DNA of 64,000 nt from a virus. Positions 1 through 9,197 of the stretch are shown in pieces; positions within the stretch are counted from its first letter, which is position 1; the number at the start of each line of letters is the position of its first letter. Position numbers and translations under genes: made by a program. The DNA is taken from the IMG/VR virus record IMGVR_UViG_3300047168_000120, positions 31,521 through 95,520 of that record. The stretch is one strand, 5' to 3'. Under the pieces are notes generated by a model. That model searched no databases, was not told the DNA's origin, and saw only the letters and a program-made list of their open reading frames with translations.

Positions 1-140
1 CCGTGCCTGGCACCTGCCTCGACGACCTCCCGCAGTTTGCTTTCGTTCGGCCACGCGGCGATCAGAAGCATGCCCTTTGGAATGCTCCGAGCGTTCGTGA
101 ACGTAATCAGGCCATTTCTATCGACATACGCTCTTGCCAT
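1..140 (-). CDS. Small phage protein, 3' end outside window (MARAYVDRNGLITF...)
   Basis: ATG at 140, preceded by GAGGAG and the repeated two-hairpin element. Confidence 0.6.
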   Translation of the reverse strand, partial: MARAYVDRNGLITFTNARSIPKGMLLIAAWPNESKLREVVEAGARH

Positions 141-185
141 GTTTTTCTCCTCATAGCGCCACAATGGCGCCAACCCCGAAGGGTT

Positions 186-833
186 TCAAATAACCGAATC
201 GAGTATCCGGGCCGAAAGCACGGATATCTCGTAGGCTTCCTTCCAAGACCACACCTTCACGAAGGTGATCGGATAGGTGACCATCTTACCATCGACAACG
301 TGGACGACATCGATATGGGCATAATAGCCCTCGTTACCGCCACGTACCGGATAGCAGGCCGGCCAGCATCGGCCCTTTTCGCCGAGCGACTGCCAGCAGG
401 GCCAAATATCATCCTTTGTGAGTTGAGAGTGACCCCACCTGCGATCTCTCCGATAAAAATTATCGGAGTCGCCAATGTGTGGAATGCCAGCATTACGCAA
501 TGCGATTTCAAGTTCCCTTAGAACGTCATCGATCTTGCGATTCTCCCAATCTATACATTCCCTCTTGGCAGATAGATCGACATTGACATGTGGCTCAAAT
601 CCAGGCTTGGTCAGGAGCAGCTCCATCCAGTCATCCGACATGTTGGTAAATTGCTCCTGCCAGCCCTTGGCCATAGCCATGGCTTCGATCGATGGGCGCA
701 GATCCTGCAGAACGATGTCCTTGATGGGCTCGTCCGACGAGGACATGCGCTGCCATATGCGGCCCGCGGCAAAGCCGTGCGCATAGGAAGGCGATTGATC
801 GGGAAAGGCAAAACTAAGTTGATATTCGGGCAT
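186..833 (-). CDS. Hypothetical phage protein
   Basis: ORF; start reassigned to ATG 833 after GAGGAG. Confidence 0.75.
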   Translation of the reverse strand: MPEYQLSFAFPDQSPSYAHGFAAGRIWQRMSSSDEPIKDIVLQDLRPSIEAMAMAKGWQEQFTNMSDDWMELLLTKPGFEPHVNVDLSAKRECIDWENRKIDDVLRELEIALRNAGIPHIGDSDNFYRRDRRWGHSQLTKDDIWPCWQSLGEKGRCWPACYPVRGGNEGYYAHIDVVHVVDGKMVTYPITFVKVWSWKEAYEISVLSARILDSVI

Positions 834-870
834 GTTTTTTCTCCTCATGCTGCGGAATACAGCGACCGCG

Positions 871-1263
871 CTAAGCGGTTTCGGGGGTTGATCCGTGATC
901 GGTTTCCCCTGCATCAAACAGCGCCTCCACACACTGATCGGAGAGTGCTTTGAGCTCCGCCCAATCTTCGTCATTTCCTCCATGCTGGCGCTGCTCGATT
1001 TCGTGGTCGATAATTGCCATACAGCGTTTCAGAAGTTCTGGGATCGCATTTTTGTGGGGTATTTCTTCGGTCTTTGTTTCACCCCCGCAGTCGTCGCAAT
1101 AAGCATGGTCATGGACTGATTCCAGTTCCCATTGTTGGGTTTCCAGGTTCCATGAAGCCCACGCATCTCGCTTGACATTTGGGCTTCGGCAAGACGAACA
1201 GACCACGTCGACAGGGTGAGGTATCCTCGTTTTGTCAACGTAAGGCGTGTTTGCGTAAGTCAT
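871..1263 (-). CDS. Hypothetical protein with CxxC...CxxC zinc ribbon
   Basis: CSSC...CDDC; ATG 1263 after GAGGAG. Confidence 0.75.
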   Translation of the reverse strand: MTYANTPYVDKTRIPHPVDVVCSSCRSPNVKRDAWASWNLETQQWELESVHDHAYCDDCGGETKTEEIPHKNAIPELLKRCMAIIDHEIEQRQHGGNDEDWAELKALSDQCVEALFDAGETDHGSTPETA

Positions 1264-1321
1264 ATGTTTCTCCTCACGCCGGCGGGATGCCGGCGACCCC
1301 GCAAGGGGTTTCGGTGGCCGG

Positions 1322-1897
1322 TTAGGCCGCGCCTTCCTTTTCGAGCCTCTTATCGAGGTCGCTGGTATCAGGAAGATCGATGAAGTCCTTAATCGAATAG
1401 ACGTGTACGAGCTCACTGCCATAGCGGCTCGCATTACCCTCGGGTTTTTCGACAATGTCGTAAAATTCGAGAGTTTCATCGTCCAGGTTCAAAATATAGC
1501 CGTATTCGCACCAGCTTTTCGGCTCAATGCCGAAGTTGCCGTCCAGGAAGACGCCGGCGTCTAGGCGTTGGAGGATCGACCCTTGATGTTTCCGGCACAG
1601 GCAATACCAATCCTTGGTCGACTGTTTGGAAACGCTCAGATCGACGGCGCCCAGTTGTTGCATTTTGCGGATATCGCCATCCGAAGGCGTGGAGTCTTGT
1701 GCAATCAGGCGCGCTGTACGCGCCTTTTGCTTCAGTTCGCCAATTACGTCTTCGTAAACGCGATTCTTGAAACGCTCCTGAAGCTCGGCCAATATCTCGG
1801 CGCCAACGCCGCTGGGGTAGCCGTCGAACTGATTGTACGAAAGCTTGTCGGCCTGGTCGATGCGAATACCGCATACTGATCTTGTACCAATTTTCAT
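1322..1897 (-). CDS. Hypothetical phage protein
   Basis: ORF with AGGAG before ATG 1897. Confidence 0.7.
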   Translation of the reverse strand: MKIGTRSVCGIRIDQADKLSYNQFDGYPSGVGAEILAELQERFKNRVYEDVIGELKQKARTARLIAQDSTPSDGDIRKMQQLGAVDLSVSKQSTKDWYCLCRKHQGSILQRLDAGVFLDGNFGIEPKSWCEYGYILNLDDETLEFYDIVEKPEGNASRYGSELVHVYSIKDFIDLPDTSDLDKRLEKEGAA

Positions 1898-1951
1898 TCT
1901 CCTAATTAAAGTTTTCAAAAGCAGCTGTCTGCTGCAACCCCGGAAGGGGTT

Positions 1952-2197
1952 TCAGGTGTCGGGCAGGTCGGATTGCTCACACCGGACGACAAGTTCTTCG
2001 GTTCCGACGGCGTCCATGTATTCGAAATACCGGTCGATCGCCTCGGAATCATCCTTGGGAATCGGGCCTTCGACACCTTCTGGCCCCCAATTCGCGCGCG
2101 CATAGGCTGCGAGCTGGGATGTCAGGCCGGCCTCTGTTTTGTCCGAATAGGCGTTATACCCGTGGACGTGCCGCACTACGGCAACCCAAATTTTCAT
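1952..2197 (-). CDS. Hypothetical protein
   Basis: ORF with GAGGAG RBS; stop overlaps the hairpin element. Confidence 0.75.
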   Translation of the reverse strand: MKIWVAVVRHVHGYNAYSDKTEAGLTSQLAAYARANWGPEGVEGPIPKDDSEAIDRYFEYMDAVGTEELVVRCEQSDLPDT

Positions 2198-2291
2198 GTT
2201 TTCTCCTCTTCATTGGCGGCGCTGATGCCGCCGACCCGCGCGAGCGGGTTGCAGACAGTGTACTCAATGGCCGGTGAACCGGCCGACCGCA

Positions 2292-2588
2292 TTAAGCGGT
2301 TTCGCTGGGCGTCCCAAAGATCATTTCTGCGTCACGCTCATATTCCTGAACGGCCTTTTTCGCCGATGCTTCAAGAAATTCCCGCTGGCCTGGCTGTTCG
2401 ATTGGATCCGATATTTGCTCGACTTGAATCATAAGCCCTTTTCCCAGGAATTCCTCGGGCGTTTGGGAATCGTATTCGTTCTCAAGGAACCCTACGAACC
2501 GGTTGAGGGCAGAATAAACCATCATGGCGAGAATCACGTATTTTCGCTCATTGGCGGTTTGGACCTTTGGATCGTCTGAATTTTCCAT
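2292..2588 (-). CDS. Hypothetical acidic protein
   Basis: ATG 2588 after GAGGAG; ends ...SETA* inside the element. Confidence 0.75.
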   Translation of the reverse strand: MENSDDPKVQTANERKYVILAMMVYSALNRFVGFLENEYDSQTPEEFLGKGLMIQVEQISDPIEQPGQREFLEASAKKAVQEYERDAEMIFGTPSETA

Positions 2589-2662
2589 GTTTTTCTCCTC
2601 ATGGCGCCACAATGACGCCAACCGCCTTTCAGGCGGTTTCCTCAGAACGCATCACGCGCGCA

Positions 2663-2872
2663 TCAGATTTCCGACGGGATGATCTTGATGAGCAAATAGG
2701 ACGGTTCTTCATCCGCGTTGCCCTGCTGCTCATCAAGATCAGCGCCAAGGGTGTCTTCCAGTTCCTCGGGGATATTGTCGAACAATTTGCGGGCCTGTTT
2801 GCGGGTGATTACCGTACCGCTCCAGTTATCGGGCTGAGCGGCCGGCCAGGTATCTAAAATATCGTCTGGCAT
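2663..2872 (-). CDS. Hypothetical acidic protein
   Basis: ORF with GAGGAG RBS. Confidence 0.7.
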   Translation of the reverse strand: MPDDILDTWPAAQPDNWSGTVITRKQARKLFDNIPEELEDTLGADLDEQQGNADEEPSYLLIKIIPSEI

Positions 2873-2934
2873 ATCTTTCTCCTCATGCTGCGGAATTGCA
2901 GCGACACACCGCCCCTTTGGGGGCGGCGGTTTCC

Positions 2935-4134
2935 TTAGAACGCGTTACGCGCCGCTTTATCCATGACCTTGGCGCCGATCCGTTCGAGATCGAGGCGGCG
3001 GTCCTGGTGCTCAATGGTGCGAGCGACGGCGGTAATGCCCTGGCAGAAATCCCAGGCGCTGGTGGCAGGATGACCTTCCTCGCGTTCCACGGTATCCAGG
3101 ATCTTCCGGCTTTGAACCTTTGAAAAATCCAGGGTCTTGAGAAACGCCATGCGGTCATCGTCGTCACGCGCGACTTTGGCTTCCTTGGCAGCGGTAATGC
3201 CGGCGATGAGCTTGTTGGGCTCACTGAGGGCATAACGCTTCAGGGCGGGTTCCGCGTCGCGTGCAAAGCGATCCGGCGCGAAACGCGTGTGGTTGATCTT
3301 CATGGTGTCAAACCCTTCGACACCCCAGAGATTGCGGTTCATGCAAACGCCGCGCAGCATGAAAGTAGCGATGCCGAGCGACCTGCTGCCCACCTCAGAG
3401 TTCCAGGCATAGAAGCCGCGGAACACGTAATCGGGATCGCCGTTATCCAGCTTACCGATTTCGATGGGATGCGTGTCGTCAACCAGGAAAAGAAACACGT
3501 CGCGATCCGATGCATACAGCGTCGTACTCTCGGTCGTGGGCGAAACGTACGGATTGTACGTCTGTTTCGCCCAGTCAATCTGCCCCGGGATTTTCCAGCA
3601 GGTATCACCCGTCCCGTCGCCGGCGATGCGTTGCACCGCTTCGCCGAGCGTATGGTCCATGATCCGGCCGTAGCCGTCGCTGGTGAAGGCCCGTGCGTGG
3701 CGCGATTTGTCGTTCCAATAAAGCATGGAATTGAGATCGCGCTTCACGGTCAGGTCATCCATCAGATTGACCGCCGTGAGAAAGGCCGGCTTTTCACGCA
3801 GATACGAAGCAGGTGCGCCCGCGAGCGAGCACATCTGGCCGAATACATGGTGGGTAAGACCCAGCGGCTCACCACCATCGGGCGGCGCCAGGAACAGATT
3901 TCGTGTGTCTTCCTTGCTTGCGACAAGGCGCAGATCGCGGGCATCGATGACATCTTCCTTCATCCCGACGGAGCGGGCTTCGAGAGAGGCCATGAGCGCG
4001 GAAATGCTCGTGAACCGCTGGTCGGCCGGCCGCGAAAACCATTCCTGGCTGACGCGGCTGTTGTTAGAGCCACGCGTCGCATCGATGCGGCGCTCCCCGA
4101 CCACCGGGGTATTGTCAATGATGTGTGTATCCAT
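2935..4134 (-). CDS. DUF932 family phage/plasmid protein
   Basis: VSQEWFSRPADQRF, TLYASDRDVFLFLVD, FRGFYAWNSEVG and VCMNRNLWG motifs recalled for alphaproteobacterial DUF932 proteins. Confidence 0.8.
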   Translation of the reverse strand: MDTHIIDNTPVVGERRIDATRGSNNSRVSQEWFSRPADQRFTSISALMASLEARSVGMKEDVIDARDLRLVASKEDTRNLFLAPPDGGEPLGLTHHVFGQMCSLAGAPASYLREKPAFLTAVNLMDDLTVKRDLNSMLYWNDKSRHARAFTSDGYGRIMDHTLGEAVQRIAGDGTGDTCWKIPGQIDWAKQTYNPYVSPTTESTTLYASDRDVFLFLVDDTHPIEIGKLDNGDPDYVFRGFYAWNSEVGSRSLGIATFMLRGVCMNRNLWGVEGFDTMKINHTRFAPDRFARDAEPALKRYALSEPNKLIAGITAAKEAKVARDDDDRMAFLKTLDFSKVQSRKILDTVEREEGHPATSAWDFCQGITAVARTIEHQDRRLDLERIGAKVMDKAARNAF

Positions 4135-4325
4135 TCTTCGATTCTCCTTTTCAGTTGCAGCGTCGCGCCTCGCGGAATTGCGAAAGCGTTATCTGCGGAC
4201 CCCGGAGGGTTTCGGGAGGTATTACACACTAATATGTGTTTTTTGGAAGAAAAGTAAAGAATAAAAATGTGTTTCTGAAATGATTTTCCAGCCAGCGAAA
4301 TGCTGGCAACCGGCCGGAGCCGGTT

Positions 4326-4925
4326 TCATCTTTCTACGTGCTTGAGCACCTTGCGCTGAATTTCATTGGCGAGGCCAAAATAGGTCAGCCGCATCATGGG
4401 GTCGCTCAGCATGCTTTCCGCTTCCGCTTCCGCGGGGAATTTGGACCCCACGGAATCCAAAACCGCTTTGTTTTCCGGGTTAGCCCGGAACATTGCGGTT
4501 TTGGTGGCCCAGATGTAGAGCTCTGCCATGTGCTCGCTAAGAGGTGCTTCCAGGGAAGCCTCATACATCACCATGGCGAATTCAGTCGGACCGACTGGAA
4601 GTTCGGTCAGGGCGAGCGCCCATTTCAGGCGATCAGCGACGATGAAGTGTTTGAACTGCTCGTTTTGCGTCAGTGGATGATGCTGGAGCTCGCGCGTGCG
4701 GCTATGGCAGATGATAGGTCCGCCAACGAATTTAATCCGATAGCCAGCGATCTTCAGACGATGAATTCCGGCGCCAAGCGATAGCATCGCGGCGATAAGC
4801 TGCCCGCTCATGCCAATCAGCGCCAGAGGCTCCAGCCTTTGATAGAGGCTTTCAGCCACGGATTTTTCGTCTGGAAAATTAGTCCGAGCCGCATCATCCA
4901 TGATGTTCAAAATGTTCTGGTCCAT
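4326..4925 (-). CDS. Hypothetical protein
   Basis: 199-aa ORF with GAGGAG RBS. Confidence 0.75.
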   Translation of the reverse strand: MDQNILNIMDDAARTNFPDEKSVAESLYQRLEPLALIGMSGQLIAAMLSLGAGIHRLKIAGYRIKFVGGPIICHSRTRELQHHPLTQNEQFKHFIVADRLKWALALTELPVGPTEFAMVMYEASLEAPLSEHMAELYIWATKTAMFRANPENKAVLDSVGSKFPAEAEAESMLSDPMMRLTYFGLANEIQRKVLKHVER

Positions 4926-4973
4926 GTTTTTCTCCTCAATACCGGCAGGGATGCCGGCAACCCCAAAGGGGTT

Positions 4974-5324
4974 TCAGGAAGCGCGGATCAGCCGGCTCAC
5001 GGCCAGGATGCCATTCTCATCACGTTCAGCGCCTTGATAGGGGCTGGTTGCCGGGTAAACGATATCGGTCCTGTCCGGGCAAAGTTTTGCCGCGGCAAGA
5101 GCCGCTATCTGGCTCACGATGAGATAGGTTTTTGGCCGGGAATCCGGCAGGTTCTGGATGCCGATTGTGCGGCTTGGCGCGTGGATCGTAACGCCATCCT
5201 CTGAAGTGACGGCTGGCCCCATGCGCGTTTTTATTCGCACCGGGGGACCATCAGGTTCAATGATCCTCACGCATCCGTCGCATTTCAGCGATATGACGTG
5301 GGGTGTTAAATTCAAGATTTTCAT
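4974..5324 (-). CDS. Conserved hypothetical phage protein (NLTPH motif)
   Basis: MKILNLTPH...YLIVSQ...RTDIVYP. Confidence 0.7.
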   Translation of the reverse strand: MKILNLTPHVISLKCDGCVRIIEPDGPPVRIKTRMGPAVTSEDGVTIHAPSRTIGIQNLPDSRPKTYLIVSQIAALAAAKLCPDRTDIVYPATSPYQGAERDENGILAVSRLIRAS

Positions 5325-5370
5325 GGGGGTTCTCAAACCGGCGGGATGCCGGCAACCGGCCGGGCCGGTT

Positions 5371-5691
5371 TCAGAAGGTAGGACGGGCTTTTTTGCGGGC
5401 CACCAGATGTTTTAAAGACCTTATTTTCCCGATGGGATATGTGCGGGTCATTGATTTCAACGTCGATCCGAAGCGGCGCTCCAACTTCACCTCAATGAAG
5501 CTATTTTTAGCCAGCTTGCAGAAAGCGAAATCGCCACCTTTTTCCTTTAAAAGCTCCGAAACAAATGTTTCGATGTTCGCAGCGCGTTTGCGCTTGCACC
5601 GAGACATGTCTGCAGTCAATGACATCTGGCAAAGAGTGCCGTCATAAATTGGACCGATCATATGACCGTGCAAAGTGGTTGAAATTCTCAT
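5371..5691 (-). CDS. Hypothetical basic protein
   Basis: ATG 5691 after GAGGAG. Confidence 0.7.
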   Translation of the reverse strand: MRISTTLHGHMIGPIYDGTLCQMSLTADMSRCKRKRAANIETFVSELLKEKGGDFAFCKLAKNSFIEVKLERRFGSTLKSMTRTYPIGKIRSLKHLVARKKARPTF

Positions 5692-5739
5692 GTTTTTCTC
5701 CTCATGGCGCCACAATGGCGCCAACCGGCTGTGCCGGTT

Positions 5740-6234
5740 TCAATCAAGCAGGTGCTTCACCTGCCCATCGATCAGACTGTGAACCAACTCCTCAGATAGA
5801 TCGTCCAGGATCGCCTGAGACAGATCTTGAACCTCAAGAAAACGCAACTCGCCAACGCGATCCGCGATATCTCTATTGGCCCATCGTTCACATATATTTT
5901 CGATCAAGCTTCCATCTGAATGGAGATTGGCACTTCGAAAGAGTTCCTCTTTCGAGGTTGCTACGATCTCTGACCAGGCCGCTCTGATTTGTGGGTTTTT
6001 CCAGTGTTTTTTTTCGATGAGCAGGACGATTTCACTATCGGTAGGAACAACAGGCGTCGGGATTTTTTTATGAACGCGGTGGCCGAGGTAGTGAAGCATC
6101 GCGAACGTTACTTCGATATCCTCGCCAACCGCCAAACCGGCGTAGTTTTCCAGGTTTTCATCTTCATTGCTGAAATAATCCCAGCATGCTGTTCCGGCAT
6201 CCTTTTCAGGAGTTTCGAAAATTGTGAAGTTCAT
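5740..6234 (-). CDS. Hypothetical acidic protein
   Basis: ORF with GAGGA RBS. Confidence 0.75.
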   Translation of the reverse strand: MNFTIFETPEKDAGTACWDYFSNEDENLENYAGLAVGEDIEVTFAMLHYLGHRVHKKIPTPVVPTDSEIVLLIEKKHWKNPQIRAAWSEIVATSKEELFRSANLHSDGSLIENICERWANRDIADRVGELRFLEVQDLSQAILDDLSEELVHSLIDGQVKHLLD

Positions 6235-6277
6235 GTTTTCCTCATGCTCACCGGGGATATCCGGCGGCGACCGCCTT

Positions 6278-6535
6278 TCAGACGGTTTCTGGAAATGTCC
6301 AGTTGTAGGGCGGCTCGTCTATGAAGACGGCAGCCCTGGCTTCTTCTGAGCCGTTTCGATTCGAGGCTGCGATCTTCAGTATAGAATAGTCGCTGTAACC
6401 CGCCAGCATCCGAACCACATTCCACCAGGATTCTGGATCGTAGCAAAGCCGGGCGATTTCCCGCGGGGTCATCTGCAGGGATGAATTATCCTCGAATTTC
6501 ACGGCAAGATAATCTTCTTGTCTTGCGCGTGGCAT
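6278..6535 (-). CDS. Hypothetical protein
   Basis: ATG 6535 after GGAG; ends ...PETV*. Confidence 0.7.
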   Translation of the reverse strand: MPRARQEDYLAVKFEDNSSLQMTPREIARLCYDPESWWNVVRMLAGYSDYSILKIAASNRNGSEEARAAVFIDEPPYNWTFPETV

Positions 6536-6571
6536 GTTTTTTCTCCGCCGGCGGGATGCCGGCAACCGCCT

Positions 6572-6811
6572 TCAGGCGGTTTCTTTTTGGCGAGTAGGTA
6601 TATGGAATGCATCAGCCGGTTCAACACATCTCTCAATGTTGCCTTCCGGCGCCAGCTCGTAGATATAAATCTGGAACAGTCCAATACCCAGCTCGCCATT
6701 GTGAGCCTGCGTGATAAAGACATCACGCGCAGCCTTGGCTTTTTCCAGGCTCGGATACTGACCGAATATATGAAGGTCATCTCCTCGCCAAACCTGGACT
6801 TGGTGTTTCAT
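6572..6811 (-). CDS. Hypothetical protein
   Basis: ORF; ends ...KETA* inside the element. Confidence 0.7.
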   Translation of the reverse strand: MKHQVQVWRGDDLHIFGQYPSLEKAKAARDVFITQAHNGELGIGLFQIYIYELAPEGNIERCVEPADAFHIPTRQKETA

Positions 6812-6988
6812 GACATGTTTCTCCTCAATGCGGCGAATGCCGCGAATACCAGACGTTCCCGCCTGGTATTTTCCTAAAGGCCGAGCAGTTTCACGATCAG
6901 GAAGATCGTGATGCCGACGGCCAAAGCGTCGCCGACGCGCCCAATAAACGAAAGAATGATGGCGACTGCGATCAGCGTTCCGAAGAAC

Positions 6989-7186
6989 TCACCGATGAGT
7001 GTCAGCATCTTCCACCGTTTTGATTTGGACGGCGCCGCGCGCCGCTTGTTGAATGGCCAGCGGTTCGCTCATGTTGAAGCGCTTGCCGCCGGAGAAGTAC
7101 CAGCACTTGGTTCGACCCGTGCTGGAGTATTTTCGGAACACCGTGATTACGGATTTTCCGGGTTCGGTGTTTTCCACATTGCTCAC
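6989..7186 (-). CDS. Hypothetical protein
   Basis: Start overlaps the upstream stop by 4 nt. Confidence 0.55.
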   Translation of the reverse strand: MSNVENTEPGKSVITVFRKYSSTGRTKCWYFSGGKRFNMSEPLAIQQAARGAVQIKTVEDADTHR

Positions 7187-7611
7187 GCTGCGACCAGGCT
7201 CAGATTTGTGTCTGATTTCTGGACCCAGAGCGGATATCGCTGGAATTTCAGGCCGCGCAGGCTGATCGGAGCGTCCAGCAACGTGATGCTGTCGGAATCG
7301 ATCTCCCCGGCGCGCGCCGGCGGTTCGCCGGCGGCCGTGGACAGGGCGATAAAATATCGCGTCCCGTCCGGCCGGAAGGTCTGACCATTGCAGCGCACAA
7401 GAAGCGCTTCATGGTCTTCGGCCCGGTGATGACCATAAATCACCAATTCCAGCTTCCCGGTCGGAAATTCGTAGCTTGGCCCCACCCGATAGGCATGGGT
7501 CAACGTTTTGCAATACAGATCGACGAAAGCCGGCTTGAACCGGCGCAGCAGATATTTCCGCGTTTTGGGCGGGATATCGACTGCAATTCGCACAAAGGAT
7601 GTGTTTGTCAT
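7183..7611 (-). CDS. Hypothetical protein, first gene of the leftward operon
   Basis: AAGGAG RBS; AT-rich divergent promoter region upstream. Confidence 0.7.
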   Translation of the reverse strand: MTNTSFVRIAVDIPPKTRKYLLRRFKPAFVDLYCKTLTHAYRVGPSYEFPTGKLELVIYGHHRAEDHEALLVRCNGQTFRPDGTRYFIALSTAAGEPPARAGEIDSDSITLLDAPISLRGLKFQRYPLWVQKSDTNLSLVAA

Positions 7612-7742
7612 TCGACTAACTCCTTATTTTTATGGCATTATTGCCTATCGATATATAATGATTCCGGTTCCAAAATCAAGATAAAAACACATTTTAATGT
7701 GGTTAGCAATGTGCCATAAACCCGCCACCACAACGAAAAAGG

Positions 7743-9197
7743 ATGCCGATAATGCCTGTTGACCAGCCCCTGCTCGGTCTTTCGATGAGAATTCCACCCG
7801 CCAATGTCCAGGCCGAGCAATCTCTCCTCGGCGCTATATTGGCCAACAACAAAGCGTTCGACCGGGTTGGCCATTTTCTGAGGCCGGAGCATTTTGCTGA
7901 CCCATTCCATGGCAGGCTCTTTGGCGAGATCAGCCGGTTGATCCTTGAGGGCAAGGTCGCTGATCCAATAACCCTGCGCCCCTGGTTCCAGGCACAGCCT
8001 GACTGGGACGAGATGCCAGGCGGAGCGGCCTATATGGCGCAGCTGCTATCCGCGATGGTCGGCATCATCAATGCCGCCGATTATGGGCGATCGATCCAGG
8101 ATTCCTGGGCGAAGCGGCAAATCATCGACCGCGCAGAGCTGATGGTGGAAATGGCGTTTTCCGAAAATATGCGGGCCGAGGACATCGTGAACACCACCGT
8201 CACGGCGCTGGAAAGCACCATGCTGCTGCACGGCGATGTGGTAGAGGTCAGCCTCCAGGCAGCCTCAGAGCTGGTTTTCAACACAATGAGCGACGCGATG
8301 GGGGGAAAGACGTCCCCAATTTTCTCGACTGGCATCGCAGACCTGGACGCCATCCTGGGCGGCGGCCTTAAGCTACGGCACCTGAACATCCTCGGTGGCC
8401 GGCCGGGCCACGGCAAGAGCGCGCTGGCGCGGCAGGTCCTACTCTTCATAGCGCAGGAATACAAAATGCCCGTCCATGTCATTTCGTTGGAAATGACGGC
8501 CGAGGATCAGGCCGCGTGCGCGCTCGGGACGTATGCCGGGATCTCCGCTGACCGAATCGAACAGGGGCGCCTAAGCACGGCGGAAGCCATGCGCGTCTTT
8601 GATGCCAAGAAAGGGTTCGCTGATCTCAGGGTATTTTTCGATGACCGCCCGCGGTTGAATCTCGACCAGATCAGAATGGGAATCCGTCAATTCAGACGAA
8701 AATACGTCAAGAAAAATGAGCCTTTCCTTGTGGTTATCGATCACATGCACCTGATTTCCTTGAACAGCCGCACCGTGAAGGGCGGCCTCGGCCTGGTCTT
8801 CGCAATCGGCGAGAATGCGAACGGTCTGAAGGAGCTGGCGAAGGACGAAAATTGCAGCGTTCTGGCGCTGGCGCAGTTGAGCCGCAACAAAGAGGGATCG
8901 GAGGACAAGGTGCCAACCCTCGGAGATTTAAAGAATTCTGGCGATATAGAGGCTGCGGCTGACAAGGTGTTCTTCACGCATCGCCCAGAACTTCACCTGC
9001 ATAAATCGAAGCCCAGCCGGAAGCCGAATGAGAGCGATTCAGAGTATGCGGCGCGCGAGATCGCTTACCAGGCGCTCGTGGAGCAGGAAGCCGGCGTCGT
9101 GCATCTTGTCAGCGCAAAGGTGCGCCAGGGCCGCACCGGTGCCATTCAGATGCGCTTTGACGGCGAGACGACGGCCTTTTTGAGCCTGCATCAATGA
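7743..9197 (+). CDS. dnaB: Replicative DNA helicase (DnaB family)
   Basis: N-terminal AEQSLLGAIL, Walker A GRPGHGKS, IDHMHL, LAQLSR, SGDIEAAAD, KVRQGRTG. Confidence 0.95.
   Translation: MPIMPVDQPLLGLSMRIPPANVQAEQSLLGAILANNKAFDRVGHFLRPEHFADPFHGRLFGEISRLILEGKVADPITLRPWFQAQPDWDEMPGGAAYMAQLLSAMVGIINAADYGRSIQDSWAKRQIIDRAELMVEMAFSENMRAEDIVNTTVTALESTMLLHGDVVEVSLQAASELVFNTMSDAMGGKTSPIFSTGIADLDAILGGGLKLRHLNILGGRPGHGKSALARQVLLFIAQEYKMPVHVISLEMTAEDQAACALGTYAGISADRIEQGRLSTAEAMRVFDAKKGFADLRVFFDDRPRLNLDQIRMGIRQFRRKYVKKNEPFLVVIDHMHLISLNSRTVKGGLGLVFAIGENANGLKELAKDENCSVLALAQLSRNKEGSEDKVPTLGDLKNSGDIEAAADKVFFTHRPELHLHKSKPSRKPNESDSEYAAREIAYQALVEQEAGVVHLVSAKVRQGRTGAIQMRFDGETTAFLSLHQ

Larger units (their letters stand above)
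138..6873 (-). repeat. 16 copies of a two-hairpin intergenic element GAAAC-[stem-loop]-GTY-[stem-loop], most followed by (R)TGAGGAG-A(n)-CATG
   Basis: Copies at about 138-187, 831-882, 1261-1312, 1921-1953, 2211-2252, 2265-2303, 2586-2640, 2870-2933, 4132-4213, 4291-4327, 4923-4975, 5322-5372, 5689-5741, 6232-6289, 6533-6583 and 6809-6873. Stems differ in sequence but keep pairing. Confidence 0.9.

Noticed and set aside
4206-4214. Self-target of unit 10 spacer B (AGGGTTTCG)
   Set aside because: A single 9-mer match is expected by chance in 64 kb, and the adjacent bases do not match spacer A.
138-6873. Integron attC sites or active hammerhead ribozymes
   Set aside because: The AAC...GTT hairpin is far shorter than an attC site and no integron integrase is present. 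The hammerhead C3-U4-G5 core is missing. Kept only as an unnamed element.
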